From IMG/VR virus record IMGVR_UViG_3300031576_000135, positions 1-41,845 of that record: a stretch of DNA of 41,845 nt; one strand, written 5' to 3'. The DNA comes from a virus (Duplodnaviria > Caudoviricetes). Shown here piece after piece: positions 25,350 to 32,631 of the stretch. A model generated the notes under the pieces. That model was given only the letters and a program-made list of their open reading frames with translations, was not told the DNA's origin and searched no databases. Both the position numbers and the translations under genes were made by a program. Position 1 is the first letter of the stretch. Every line of letters begins with the position of its first letter.

Positions 25350-25371
25350 CGAGTGATCACTCGATTGCCGT
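25341..25371. repeat. Hairpin with a perfect 18-bp palindrome core ATCGAGTGATCACTCGAT (25348-25365)
   Basis: Self-complementary; covers the peptidase stop and the TerL-C start; outer ACGGC/GCCGT pairing. Confidence 0.85.
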
Positions 25372-25830
25372 GCGCCTGATGCCGGTCAGCTGCCAGGCGA
25401 AGATGTCGGCCTCGAGTTCTGAGCGCGCGATCTGGGCGGCACTTCGCGGCAGCAGCACTCCCCACCCCAGCGCTACCCGCCAGAACCCGCGCCGGCAATG
25501 GCCAAGAGCAAGGTGGCCAAGCTCATGGGCCGTGATAAAAGTCAGGTCTTCGAGCGTGGTGCCGAAGAAGTAGCGCAGGTTGAAGATCACGGCTTGATGC
25601 CCGGGGAGCCCTGGCAGGTAAATCGCATAGGCCGCGGTCTTGGAATGCGGGGGCAGTGTGCGGTAGTAAAAGGTGATCGGCTGGACTCCAGCGCGCCGTG
25701 CGAGGTCCAGGGCCCAATGCTCCGGGGTGAGGCTCATGCGCTTCGCCCCACGCAGGCTGAGGCTGGTGAGAAACCAGGTAAGCAGGATGCTCGCCGCGAT
25801 CAAACCGGCTGCTATCTTGAGCGCCGTCAT
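25357..25830 (-). CDS. Membrane-anchored zinc metallopeptidase (HExxH; M48/M56/M78-like)
   Basis: ATGA overlap with the TerL-N stop; N-terminal hydrophobic helix; ITAHELGH...SELEADIFA. Confidence 0.8.
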   Translation of the reverse strand: MTALKIAAGLIAASILLTWFLTSLSLRGAKRMSLTPEHWALDLARRAGVQPITFYYRTLPPHSKTAAYAIYLPGLPGHQAVIFNLRYFFGTTLEDLTFITAHELGHLALGHCRRGFWRVALGWGVLLPRSAAQIARSELEADIFAWQLTGIRRTAIE

Positions 25831-26639
25831 CGGCTTCTCACCACCCCGCCCTCGGGGTTCTGGCCGCCTGGCATGAAGAGCATCACGACTTTGGAGAGAC
25901 CCTCGAGCGGCGTGAAAGTGAGGAGGATGACGCCGTCCGTGGTCATGGTCCTGGTCAGGCACTCGGCGTAGATGAGTTCCCCTTCGTCGCCTTCGGGTTC
26001 TTCGTCCAACCAGATCCCGTGCTTGGCGGTGCCCTCGAAGCTGCCGCGGCCCTGCTGGTAGGATTTCACCCCGAGTGTGGACCAGCCGTCCTGGTCGCCG
26101 TGCGCATCGTGGTGCTTGACCGTCATGGTGTCGATCAGATCGTGGGATTTCCAGGTGATCTCGCCGATGTCCTCCCACGGGATGAGTCCGGTGCCGCTCA
26201 CCCGCTTCTCGCCGTCCTGGTAGGCGATGTCGCCGAACATAACCTTTTGCAGGATGTCGCGGGTGGTCTCGTTCGTTTTGCCGCCCATCCACCATTCGAC
26301 CGGGTGCGCGAAGCGCCGGCCCGGCCACCAGGGTGGGTAGCGCCCGGTCAGATGGCAGGTGGTCTCGTAGCCGCCCATGCCTTCGGTCTTCCCGACCCGG
26401 TTCGCGCACATCGCGCAGCGCTCGCGGTGGAGGGTGCCAGCTTTGAAGAATTCCAGGTGTTTTTTGTAGAGCGCGCGCCGCAGGGGCCCGGTGTCCGGGT
26501 AGTACGTCCACAGGCGCCGGCGCGCGCGCAGGAGGTCGCGCTGCTCGAGGAGCGCGATGAGCTCGGCCTTGTCGCCCACGCTCAGGCGTTTAAGCAGCGC
26601 GGGATTTGTTTCGATCTCGTCTAGGCTGACGCGCGCCAC
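25827..26639 (-). CDS. terL: Terminase large subunit, N-terminal ATPase part (P22 gp2-like)
   Basis: Walker A CANRVGKT, HLTGRYP, KSYQQGR, Walker B IWLDEEP, coupling motif LTFTPLEG. Confidence 0.9.
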   Translation of the reverse strand: MARVSLDEIETNPALLKRLSVGDKAELIALLEQRDLLRARRRLWTYYPDTGPLRRALYKKHLEFFKAGTLHRERCAMCANRVGKTEGMGGYETTCHLTGRYPPWWPGRRFAHPVEWWMGGKTNETTRDILQKVMFGDIAYQDGEKRVSGTGLIPWEDIGEITWKSHDLIDTMTVKHHDAHGDQDGWSTLGVKSYQQGRGSFEGTAKHGIWLDEEPEGDEGELIYAECLTRTMTTDGVILLTFTPLEGLSKVVMLFMPGGQNPEGGVVRSR

Positions 26640-27093
26640 GGTGAGGTCCTTTGCCCTTGGCCAGCAACTGCAGGATGCGCCGGTCCATCTGTTCTTCGGT
26701 GAGGATAGCGCCAGTTTGCACCTTGCCCGAGTGCTGCAGCCTGATCGTTTCCTTCATCCCCAGGCGCACCTTGCCGAAGAAGATGGCGGCCGCGGCGCTG
26801 GTCTCGGTCAGTTTGAGGAGGTTTGCGCCACCCTTCATCTTCGCTTTTACCATGCCGGTCCGGAGTTCCTCGTGGAAGACCTTGCGCAGGGTCGTGGGGC
26901 TGATCGGCCTGCGTGTCGCGGGGTTGATCATGAGGAGCACGATGTCGTCGTGCGGAATGCCGAGCGCCGCCGCGACCTCCGCCTGCTGGCGGTGCTCGGT
27001 CGTGGGCTTGTAGCCCGTGTCCTTCGGCCTACCAGGTTTTCGCTTTGCCGCGGGTTTTGGCGATCGCCTCGAAGGTCTTTTTCTCTTTGGCAT
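26590..27093 (-). CDS. terS: Terminase small subunit (putative)
   Basis: Directly upstream of TerL; basic N-terminus, GIPHDDI...ISPTTLRKVFHEEL, AAAIFFGKVRLGMKE. Confidence 0.7.
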   Translation of the reverse strand: MPKRKRPSRRSPKPAAKRKPGRPKDTGYKPTTEHRQQAEVAAALGIPHDDIVLLMINPATRRPISPTTLRKVFHEELRTGMVKAKMKGGANLLKLTETSAAAAIFFGKVRLGMKETIRLQHSGKVQTGAILTEEQMDRRILQLLAKGKGPHRGARQPRRDRNKSRAA

Positions 27094-28489
27094 GGGTTGC
27101 TGGTTTGCCTGAGTGTTCCTGCCAGCGGCGCACCGCCTGGTCGACGTAGCGTGGGTCAAGGTCACAGGCGTGGGCGATGCGCTTGGTTTGCTGGGCGCCG
27201 ATGATCGTGGATCCAGAGCCAGCGAAAGGATCGAGCACGATTTCCCCTTCGCGGGTGCTGTTCGTGAGCGCGCGCCTGGCGAGCTCGATCGGCTTTTGAT
27301 TCGGGTGCCAGGCGGTCTCCCGCCCGTGGCCGTTGTCGCGGCCCACCTCCCAGACGTTGTCTGCGAATGAGGACGCCTGCAGGTAGATGGGCTCGCCTTG
27401 CTCGAGGTGCACATGACGCACCTTGCGGCCCTTGGGCGCTGCGCCCGCCACGTGGATCTCGCGGCCGTCCTTGCCAGTGAGGGTTAGCCCCCCCCCGACG
27501 CTCGTGCAGGGCTTGCCGTTGCTTGAGCGCGCCTCGGCGCGCCACACCGTGGTGCTGGTGCGATCGCCGTGGAACGCGGGCTTGACCCCTTGGCGCGCCG
27601 CGTAGAAGCACGACTCGTGCGCCCAGTGATAGTCCGACCAGCTGAGCACCACGCGGGGTTTCACCCAGATGATGGTGGCCAGTTCCACGAGGCCTACGTC
27701 GCGCATCGCGTTCGATAATTCCTCGCGTGTGCTCGTTGCGTGCCAGATGTACCAGCCTGCATCTTCAGCCGCATGCGCCAGCGCTTGAGCGAAGGCCCGC
27801 TGCAGCATGTCGGCGAGTTTCCCGCGGCGAAGGTCGTCGCCCTTGATCACCTCGAATTTTCCGGAGCGAGCTTCGTAGCTGACCCCATATGGCGGATCGG
27901 TGAAGACGCATTGCGCCCGGCTACCCGCCATCAGGGTCTTCAGGGTGGCCGCCTTGGTTGCATCGCCACAAAGGAGCCGGTGCTCACCCAGCAGCCACAG
28001 GTCGCCTGGCTCACTGATCGCCTTGGGCTGGAGCGCTGGCGCGCCGGGTTCCTTGGCGGCTGGCGAAGGCTTCAGCAGGAGCTCGACCTCGCGCGGATCG
28101 AAGCCTGTGATTGAGAGGTCGGCACCCATTGCCTGGAGTTCCCTGAATTCGACCGCGAGTACGTCAGCGTTCCAGGATGCGCCCTCAGCGATCTTGTTGT
28201 CGGCCAAGCGGTAGGCGCGTTTCTTCGCCTGCGAGAGGCCGCGCCTCACGATCACCGGGACCTTCGCCATCTCCAGCTGCTGCGCCGCCATGTAGGCGCC
28301 CTGCCCGGCCAAGATTTCTCCCCGGTCGTCCACGAGGATGGGCTTCGTAAAACCCACGGCCTTGATGCTTAATACCAGTTGGGTGATTTGCTCAGGCGGG
28401 TGGTCGCGCGCGTTCCTGGGGTAGGCCTTCACCCGCGCAATCGTCCAGTACTCAACCCGCAGGGGTCCAGGGTCTTTTTTCATAGGCAT
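27029..28489 (-). CDS. ParB/Srx-like N-terminal domain fused to an N6-A/N4-C DNA methyltransferase
   Basis: YPRNARDH...GFTKPILVD...YRLADNK; HRLLCGD, FTDPPYG, HPNQKP, LDPFAGSGST. Confidence 0.9.
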   Translation of the reverse strand: MPMKKDPGPLRVEYWTIARVKAYPRNARDHPPEQITQLVLSIKAVGFTKPILVDDRGEILAGQGAYMAAQQLEMAKVPVIVRRGLSQAKKRAYRLADNKIAEGASWNADVLAVEFRELQAMGADLSITGFDPREVELLLKPSPAAKEPGAPALQPKAISEPGDLWLLGEHRLLCGDATKAATLKTLMAGSRAQCVFTDPPYGVSYEARSGKFEVIKGDDLRRGKLADMLQRAFAQALAHAAEDAGWYIWHATSTREELSNAMRDVGLVELATIIWVKPRVVLSWSDYHWAHESCFYAARQGVKPAFHGDRTSTTVWRAEARSSNGKPCTSVGGGLTLTGKDGREIHVAGAAPKGRKVRHVHLEQGEPIYLQASSFADNVWEVGRDNGHGRETAWHPNQKPIELARRALTNSTREGEIVLDPFAGSGSTIIGAQQTKRIAHACDLDPRYVDQAVRRWQEHSGKPATHAKEKKTFEAIAKTRGKAKTW

Positions 28490-28496
28490 CAGATAA

Positions 28497-28832
28497 TTAT
28501 CGCGCGCGGGATCGTTTTGCCGGGCGGGTGATCTTGGCTATTTCCTCGTCGGTGGCGAGGCGCACCGTGAACTCATTGCGCTGCCCGATCACGATGCCAC
28601 CAACCCCAAACATCATCGCCCGCTCTAACGCCATGAGGTGCGTGGGCCAATGGGGCCCGATCTCGCGACCAAGGATGCAGCCGTATCGCTCGAGCGGGCG
28701 CGGTGCGAAGATGATCAGCGGCGGGCTCGTCACGATCTTGCGCACCGGCATGAGGACGCCGCTGTCGATCACCGCGGGCGCTACGCCCGCTGCGAGGATG
28801 GCCTGGAGGAAGCCGCGCCTGGTGATCGTCAT
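28497..28832 (-). CDS. Hypothetical protein with a twin-arginine-like N-terminus
   Basis: MTITRRGFLQAILAAGVAPAVI. Confidence 0.6.
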   Translation of the reverse strand: MTITRRGFLQAILAAGVAPAVIDSGVLMPVRKIVTSPPLIIFAPRPLERYGCILGREIGPHWPTHLMALERAMMFGVGGIVIGQRNEFTVRLATDEEIAKITRPAKRSRAR

Positions 28833-28848
28833 GGCTAGAAGAAGGTGG

Positions 28849-28890
28849 AAAAAAACGGGCCTCGGAAAAGGGGAACTAAACCGGGGCCTG
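28849..28890 (-). terminator. Intrinsic terminator just downstream of the putative late promoter
   Basis: GGCCCCGG-loop-CCGAGGCC then CGTTTTTTT. Confidence 0.6.
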
Positions 28891-28934
28891 AGTGCTTTCG
28901 CACACACCGCGAAGGGAGGAGACGCGGCACCCGT

Positions 28935-28963
28935 ATGATAGGCCGGTCGGTTGCAGTGGTCAA
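28935..28963 (-). promoter_or_regulatory. Sigma70-type promoter (putative late promoter)
   Basis: TTGACC-17nt-TATCAT, near consensus. Confidence 0.7.
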
Positions 28964-29382
28964 CGCAGGACCTCATCGCAGGCGCTCAACCTACGAAAGC
29001 CCACGGCATCGGTCACGCTGCGCACTTCGACGATGGTGCCCCCTGGGTCGACCGTCAGGCTGATCGTGCACAGCGGCCTGGACAAGGGCAGCGTGCCAGG
29101 CGGGTGGGTGGTCCAGTCGTAGACCGTGAGCCCGTTAGCAGCCGTGTACTGCCGGCTGGCTGGTCCGTTGGCGAGGAAGAAAGCATCGGCCGCGCGCCCT
29201 TTGATGCGCTCGATCACTTGGTGGCGGATCTCGGTGCGCTCCTGGGCGCTTGCGCAGCCCTGCAGCAGCACGGCGAGCGCGAGCATCAAGATGGCCAGGA
29301 CCAGGATGCGGAGCAAAACGCCTCCGGCCTCGCGGGCAACCTCGAGCAGGTTGTCGATCTGTTTTTCGTGATCAGTGTGCAT
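28960..29382 (-). CDS. Putative lipoprotein
   Basis: AAGGAG RBS; hydrophobic stretch ending in the lipobox LQG|C. Confidence 0.65.
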   Translation of the reverse strand: MHTDHEKQIDNLLEVAREAGGVLLRILVLAILMLALAVLLQGCASAQERTEIRHQVIERIKGRAADAFFLANGPASRQYTAANGLTVYDWTTHPPGTLPLSRPLCTISLTVDPGGTIVEVRSVTDAVGFRRLSACDEVLR

Positions 29383-29400
29383 CGCGAGCTCCTTGGTTGC

Positions 29401-29889
29401 TCAGGCGATCGTGTCGTGCCCGTACTTGGCGATGAGCAAGGCTTCCGCCCGGTTGTGGTCCTTCACCCGCCCGAGGCTTGCCTGGGGAAATAGCCGGATG
29501 GCGAGCGCGCGCCCCTGCTCCTTGGTGTTTGTCAGCTTCAGCGCCTTCTTCCAATCGGCCGGGCGCACAAGGCTGTGCCGGTAGTGGCGCGCCATCACCA
29601 CCCCTTCGATCAGACCCGCCGAGAGGAAACAGGAGGCCGTCACCCCGACGTGCTGCTTCGGGAAGGCGATCGGGGACTCGATGAATACGTGGATCTCATT
29701 CCGGTCGTAGTCCTTCGTCCAGTCGCGCAGCAGCTCCTCGAGGGCTGCGCCGTTCACTTGGTTCTTCACGTAGGCGTGCGCGCCCTGGCGCTCCATCACA
29801 GGGATGTCGGCCATCTCCAGATATTCGCCCAGGTGTCCCACCATGCCGATGGCGCCGGTTAGCCCGGGGTCGATGCCGATCACGATCAT
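29401..29889 (-). CDS. RuvC-like Holliday junction resolvase
   Basis: MIVIGIDPGLTGA, VFIESP, VRPADWKK, KDHNRAEALLIA. Confidence 0.85.
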   Translation of the reverse strand: MIVIGIDPGLTGAIGMVGHLGEYLEMADIPVMERQGAHAYVKNQVNGAALEELLRDWTKDYDRNEIHVFIESPIAFPKQHVGVTASCFLSAGLIEGVVMARHYRHSLVRPADWKKALKLTNTKEQGRALAIRLFPQASLGRVKDHNRAEALLIAKYGHDTIA

Positions 29890-30098
29890 GACGGCTCCTC
29901 GGCCTTGTCGAAATCGTTCAGCGCCGGCTTTATCAGCGCCAGCACCGACGCGCTGCATGTCGGGCAAAGGTCGACGTCCGACCACGTGCTGTAGGTGCAA
30001 TCGGTGTCGGTCGCCACGTGGACGTCCAGGCTGATGGTCTTTTTCGGCTCGGCCTCGTATAGGGCCCCGCACTTGTCGCATTTGCTTGCGTCGCTCAT
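29886..30098 (-). CDS. Small zinc-finger-like protein
   Basis: CDKCG...DLCPTC; ATGA-coupled at both ends. Confidence 0.65.
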   Translation of the reverse strand: MSDASKCDKCGALYEAEPKKTISLDVHVATDTDCTYSTWSDVDLCPTCSASVLALIKPALNDFDKAEEPS

Positions 30099-30508
30099 AC
30101 CGCCCTTAGTGTCGCGGGCCCCGTGCGCCTCTCGAAGAAGCCTTCGCGCTGTGGGTAGGCCAGCATGTACAGGCGCCCGAGGTCGGGCCACCAGTGGTCG
30201 TTCAGCTTCCAGCCGTGCTCGTTCGGCGCCTCGCGCATCGCAGTCTCGTGGCGTAGCCACTCCCCGATCGTGCGTGCGCTGTAGCGCTGCCGCCCGCGGT
30301 CCCAGATCAGGTTCGCCTGGGCTTCGAAAGCGTCCCAGATCTTCGCGTTCTTCTCCAGCCACTCGGCGAAGTCCTTGCGGAAGTGGCTGGGGTTCGCACC
30401 CACCAGCACATTGAGCGCCATGCGCCGGCGGTAGATGTCGGTCTGCCATGCTTGAGTCTCGTCGAAGAGCGGCAGGTGCTGGAAGGCTTGGGCGTGCTTG
30501 GCGGTCAT
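30095..30508 (-). CDS. Conserved hypothetical phage protein
   Basis: YSARTIGEWLRHET...KLNDHW...FFERR; coupled start and stop. Confidence 0.7.
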   Translation of the reverse strand: MTAKHAQAFQHLPLFDETQAWQTDIYRRRMALNVLVGANPSHFRKDFAEWLEKNAKIWDAFEAQANLIWDRGRQRYSARTIGEWLRHETAMREAPNEHGWKLNDHWWPDLGRLYMLAYPQREGFFERRTGPATLRAV

Positions 30509-30597
30509 GGCAGCACGCTCATGCAGGCCGCGATGAGGTTGCGGAGCCATTGGGCTGCGTAGGCGTCGTGCTCGTTGTAATACGCGCCCTCATTCAC
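30505..30597 (-). pseudogene. 30-aa remnant of a phage DNA cytosine-C5 methyltransferase
   Basis: MNEGAYYNEHDAYAAQWLRNLIAACMSVLP; AYYNExDxxAAQWLRNLIAA is the typical N-terminus of that family. Confidence 0.7.
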
Positions 30598-31499
30598 GCC
30601 CTCAACTCCGCAATCGAGAACGGGTGCCGGCGGGCACCGATCTGCACGATGATGTTCTTCGCCTGCCAGCCGTCCAGCCGCATGCCGTAGTCTTTGAGGA
30701 CTGCCCTAGCAAGGCGCTCGGGTTCGTCCACCGCGTAGTCGCGCAACTTGGTCTCGTCGCCCCCCAGCTTCTCGATGTAGGCCGTGGCGATCGCCGGGCC
30801 CCGCGCTGCCTGCCCGCTTCGCTCCTGCAGCTGGATCCAGATTTGCGCTGCATCCCGCTTCAGGTACTCGAGCGCGTGGCGCTTGAGCACGTACCACTTG
30901 TCGCCCGAGGCGAGGTAGCCCTGCACCACCGCGAGCGCTGGCTCCGCGCCCAACTCCTTTACCAGCTGCGCCATGATGCCGTTCAGCTTGGCGCTGCCCG
31001 GGTAGTCGGCCTGATAGCGGGCCTTGATGCCGTGTTGGTATGCTGCAGCGCACTGTGCTGCCGGGCTCGGCCCGGAAGGTTTCTGTATTTCTTGAGTATC
31101 TTCTTTCTTCTTGGGTGCACGTGGTGCGCGGGGGGGGCGCACGTCGACCGCCCCCCGGGCCGCATCTTGCCCTCCCCCCAGCGCAAAATCTGCGCTGGGG
31201 TCGGGAAGTGGTAAACCGGGCTGCCTGAGCCCGAGCCAGATCGCGTCCGATGTCCTGCCACCCTTGCCGTCTGGCCTCATGTCGCGGCGCAGCAGGCCGG
31301 CGGCCTCCAGGTCCTTCATGTGCATCTGCACGGTGCGTCTTGTGTAGCCGGTCCTCTTGCAGACCCAGGCGATGCTTGGGAAGCAGTAGCCGCGCTCGTC
31401 GGCGCGGTTGCCGAGCATGAGGAGGATGTGCCGCTTGGGCGGCTCGAGTTCGCGGGCCTGGCCTTCCTCGAGCGCCCAGCGCAGGGCCTCGATGCTCAT
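30594..31499 (-). CDS. Replication initiator with N-terminal helix-turn-helix (lambda O-like architecture)
   Basis: MSIEALRWA...LLMLGNRADERGYCFPSIAWVCKRTGYTRRTVQMHMKDLEAAGLL. Confidence 0.8.
   Translation of the reverse strand: MSIEALRWALEEGQARELEPPKRHILLMLGNRADERGYCFPSIAWVCKRTGYTRRTVQMHMKDLEAAGLLRRDMRPDGKGGRTSDAIWLGLRQPGLPLPDPSADFALGGGQDAARGAVDVRPPRAPRAPKKKEDTQEIQKPSGPSPAAQCAAAYQHGIKARYQADYPGSAKLNGIMAQLVKELGAEPALAVVQGYLASGDKWYVLKRHALEYLKRDAAQIWIQLQERSGQAARGPAIATAYIEKLGGDETKLRDYAVDEPERLARAVLKDYGMRLDGWQAKNIIVQIGARRHPFSIAELRA
31078..31200. other. Putative replication origin inside the initiator gene
   Basis: About four degenerate GC-rich pseudo-palindromes, including the perfect CCCCAGCGCA-aaatc-TGCGCTGGGG (31176-31200), next to an AT-rich purine-skewed tract (about 31078-31112). 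Confidence 0.55.
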
Positions 31500-31511
31500 G
31501 CGGTGCCCCGC

Positions 31512-31527
31512 TGTTTCACGTGGAACC
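31512..31527. promoter_or_regulatory. parS-like site TGTTTCACGTGGAACC
   Basis: 15/16 match to the bacterial chromosomal parS TGTTTCACGTGGAACA. Confidence 0.7.
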
Positions 31528-31707
31528 CTTGGCGGCGGCTTTGAGGATTTGGCTGGCCCGTTGCTTGGTCACCCCGAGCACGTTGCCGATCTCCTGTACG
31601 GTCTTGCCATCAGCGCGCAGCTTGACAGCGCGCCGACGGCGTTCGTCCGATTCCTCGAGCATCTTGCGGTAGTCGGCGACCCGGCTGCTGATGGCTCTGG
31701 CTGGCAT
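31516..31707 (-). CDS. Cro-like HTH regulator
   Basis: LRADGKTVQEIGNVLGVTKQRASQIL; first gene of the leftward operon; alternative start at 31719. Confidence 0.75.
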   Translation of the reverse strand: MPARAISSRVADYRKMLEESDERRRRAVKLRADGKTVQEIGNVLGVTKQRASQILKAAAKGST

Positions 31708-31714
31708 GGCCCGG

Positions 31715-31782
31715 ACCATACTACGATTCGGCTGGGTTTGTCTAGGCGGTTGTTGACAGGCTGGGGGTTGGTATGGTTCTAT
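31715..31782. promoter_or_regulatory. Divergent promoter/control region
   Basis: Leftward TAGACA-18nt-TATGGT ending 7 nt before the ATG at 31707; rightward TTGACA at 31753; GGCTGGG..TTG repeated at 31730 and 31759. Confidence 0.55.
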
Positions 31783-31827
31783 GCGGTCGTGGCGCCCGAG
31801 CCCAGGGCGTAGAAACTGGAGATGCCT

Positions 31828-31899
31828 ATGGCCACCGACCCGCGCACTGCCCGATTCAACCCTACCAGCCTGATCACCTTCGGCGTGGGGCGCGCATGA
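31828..31899 (+). CDS. 23-aa first peptide of the early operon
   Basis: GGAG-6nt-ATG; MATDPRTARFNPTSLITFGVGRA; ATGA overlap with the next gene. Confidence 0.5.
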   Translation: MATDPRTARFNPTSLITFGVGRA

Positions 31900-32132
31900 T
31901 CGCCGAGCGCCGCAAATTGTTCTTCCCGGATGCCACCGGGGATGCGCCAGCGCCTGGCAAGCGCGCCCGCATCCTGCTTGAGGCGCATTCCCTGCGTGGG
32001 GTCTTGGTCAGGGTGGTGCGGATCTCCAAGCGCACTGCTTGGGCCAGTGTTGTGTTCCTTGAGACTCGTGGTGCCTACGCTATCGGCGATGCCGGTGGTT
32101 TCCATAGCTACGAGCTGGAGGTCGTGGCGTGA
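31896..32132 (+). CDS. Hypothetical early protein
   Basis: MIAERRKLFF...; coupled at both ends. Confidence 0.55.
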   Translation: MIAERRKLFFPDATGDAPAPGKRARILLEAHSLRGVLVRVVRISKRTAWASVVFLETRGAYAIGDAGGFHSYELEVVA

Positions 32133-32380
32133 GGGCGCTTCTCGCCTATTTGCTCGGCTTTCGCGCCTATTGGCTCGGCTGCTGGGAGGAGATGCGCGCG
32201 CGCCGGCGCATCGCCCTGGTTGAGCGCGAGCAGGCCTACCATCGTGAGCTCCTTTACTTCCACGCCGGGCGCGCGCACGCCTGCCATCACGCCCTGATCC
32301 GCATGCGCCGTGAGTTCAACGAGCGCTGCTTGCGTGCCCACTCTCCGAGCCCGTGCCAGCTCGACGGGTCGCGCCGGTGA
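32129..32380 (+). CDS. Hypothetical early protein
   Basis: GGAGG RBS; GTGA overlaps. Confidence 0.55.
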   Translation: MRALLAYLLGFRAYWLGCWEEMRARRRIALVEREQAYHRELLYFHAGRAHACHHALIRMRREFNERCLRAHSPSPCQLDGSRR

Positions 32381-32631
32381 ACGCTGTCATGCCGGTCACC
32401 CGGCGCGTTGCCATCACCGCATTTGCTGGACGCACGGCTGTCAAGGTCGATGCCGTGATGGCACCGGCTGAGCCCGAAGTCGGGCTGCTCGCGCCCTATC
32501 CGCTCTCTTTGCAGGTCGTTGACCTGGATGGCGTGGTCGTTCCGATCAGCTGCTCCGAGCGCCTGGTGCTGCTGCGAGCGCTGTGCACGGCCTACTACGC
32601 GCTCGAGAATGAAGGGGATCAGCATGGCTGA
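32377..32631 (+). CDS. Hypothetical early protein
   Basis: GTGA-coupled; 84 aa. Confidence 0.55.
   Translation: MNAVMPVTRRVAITAFAGRTAVKVDAVMAPAEPEVGLLAPYPLSLQVVDLDGVVVPISCSERLVLLRALCTAYYALENEGDQHG

Noticed and set aside
25350-25830. Group I/II intron or intein in terL
   Set aside because: The insert is almost entirely peptidase coding sequence, with no homing endonuclease, intein termini or room for a ribozyme core; unconventional rejoining remains untested
28150-28489. Phage-encoded ParB partner for the parS site
   Set aside because: This is the ParB/Srx-like domain commonly fused to phage methyltransferases; no parS-binding HTH and no ParA are evident
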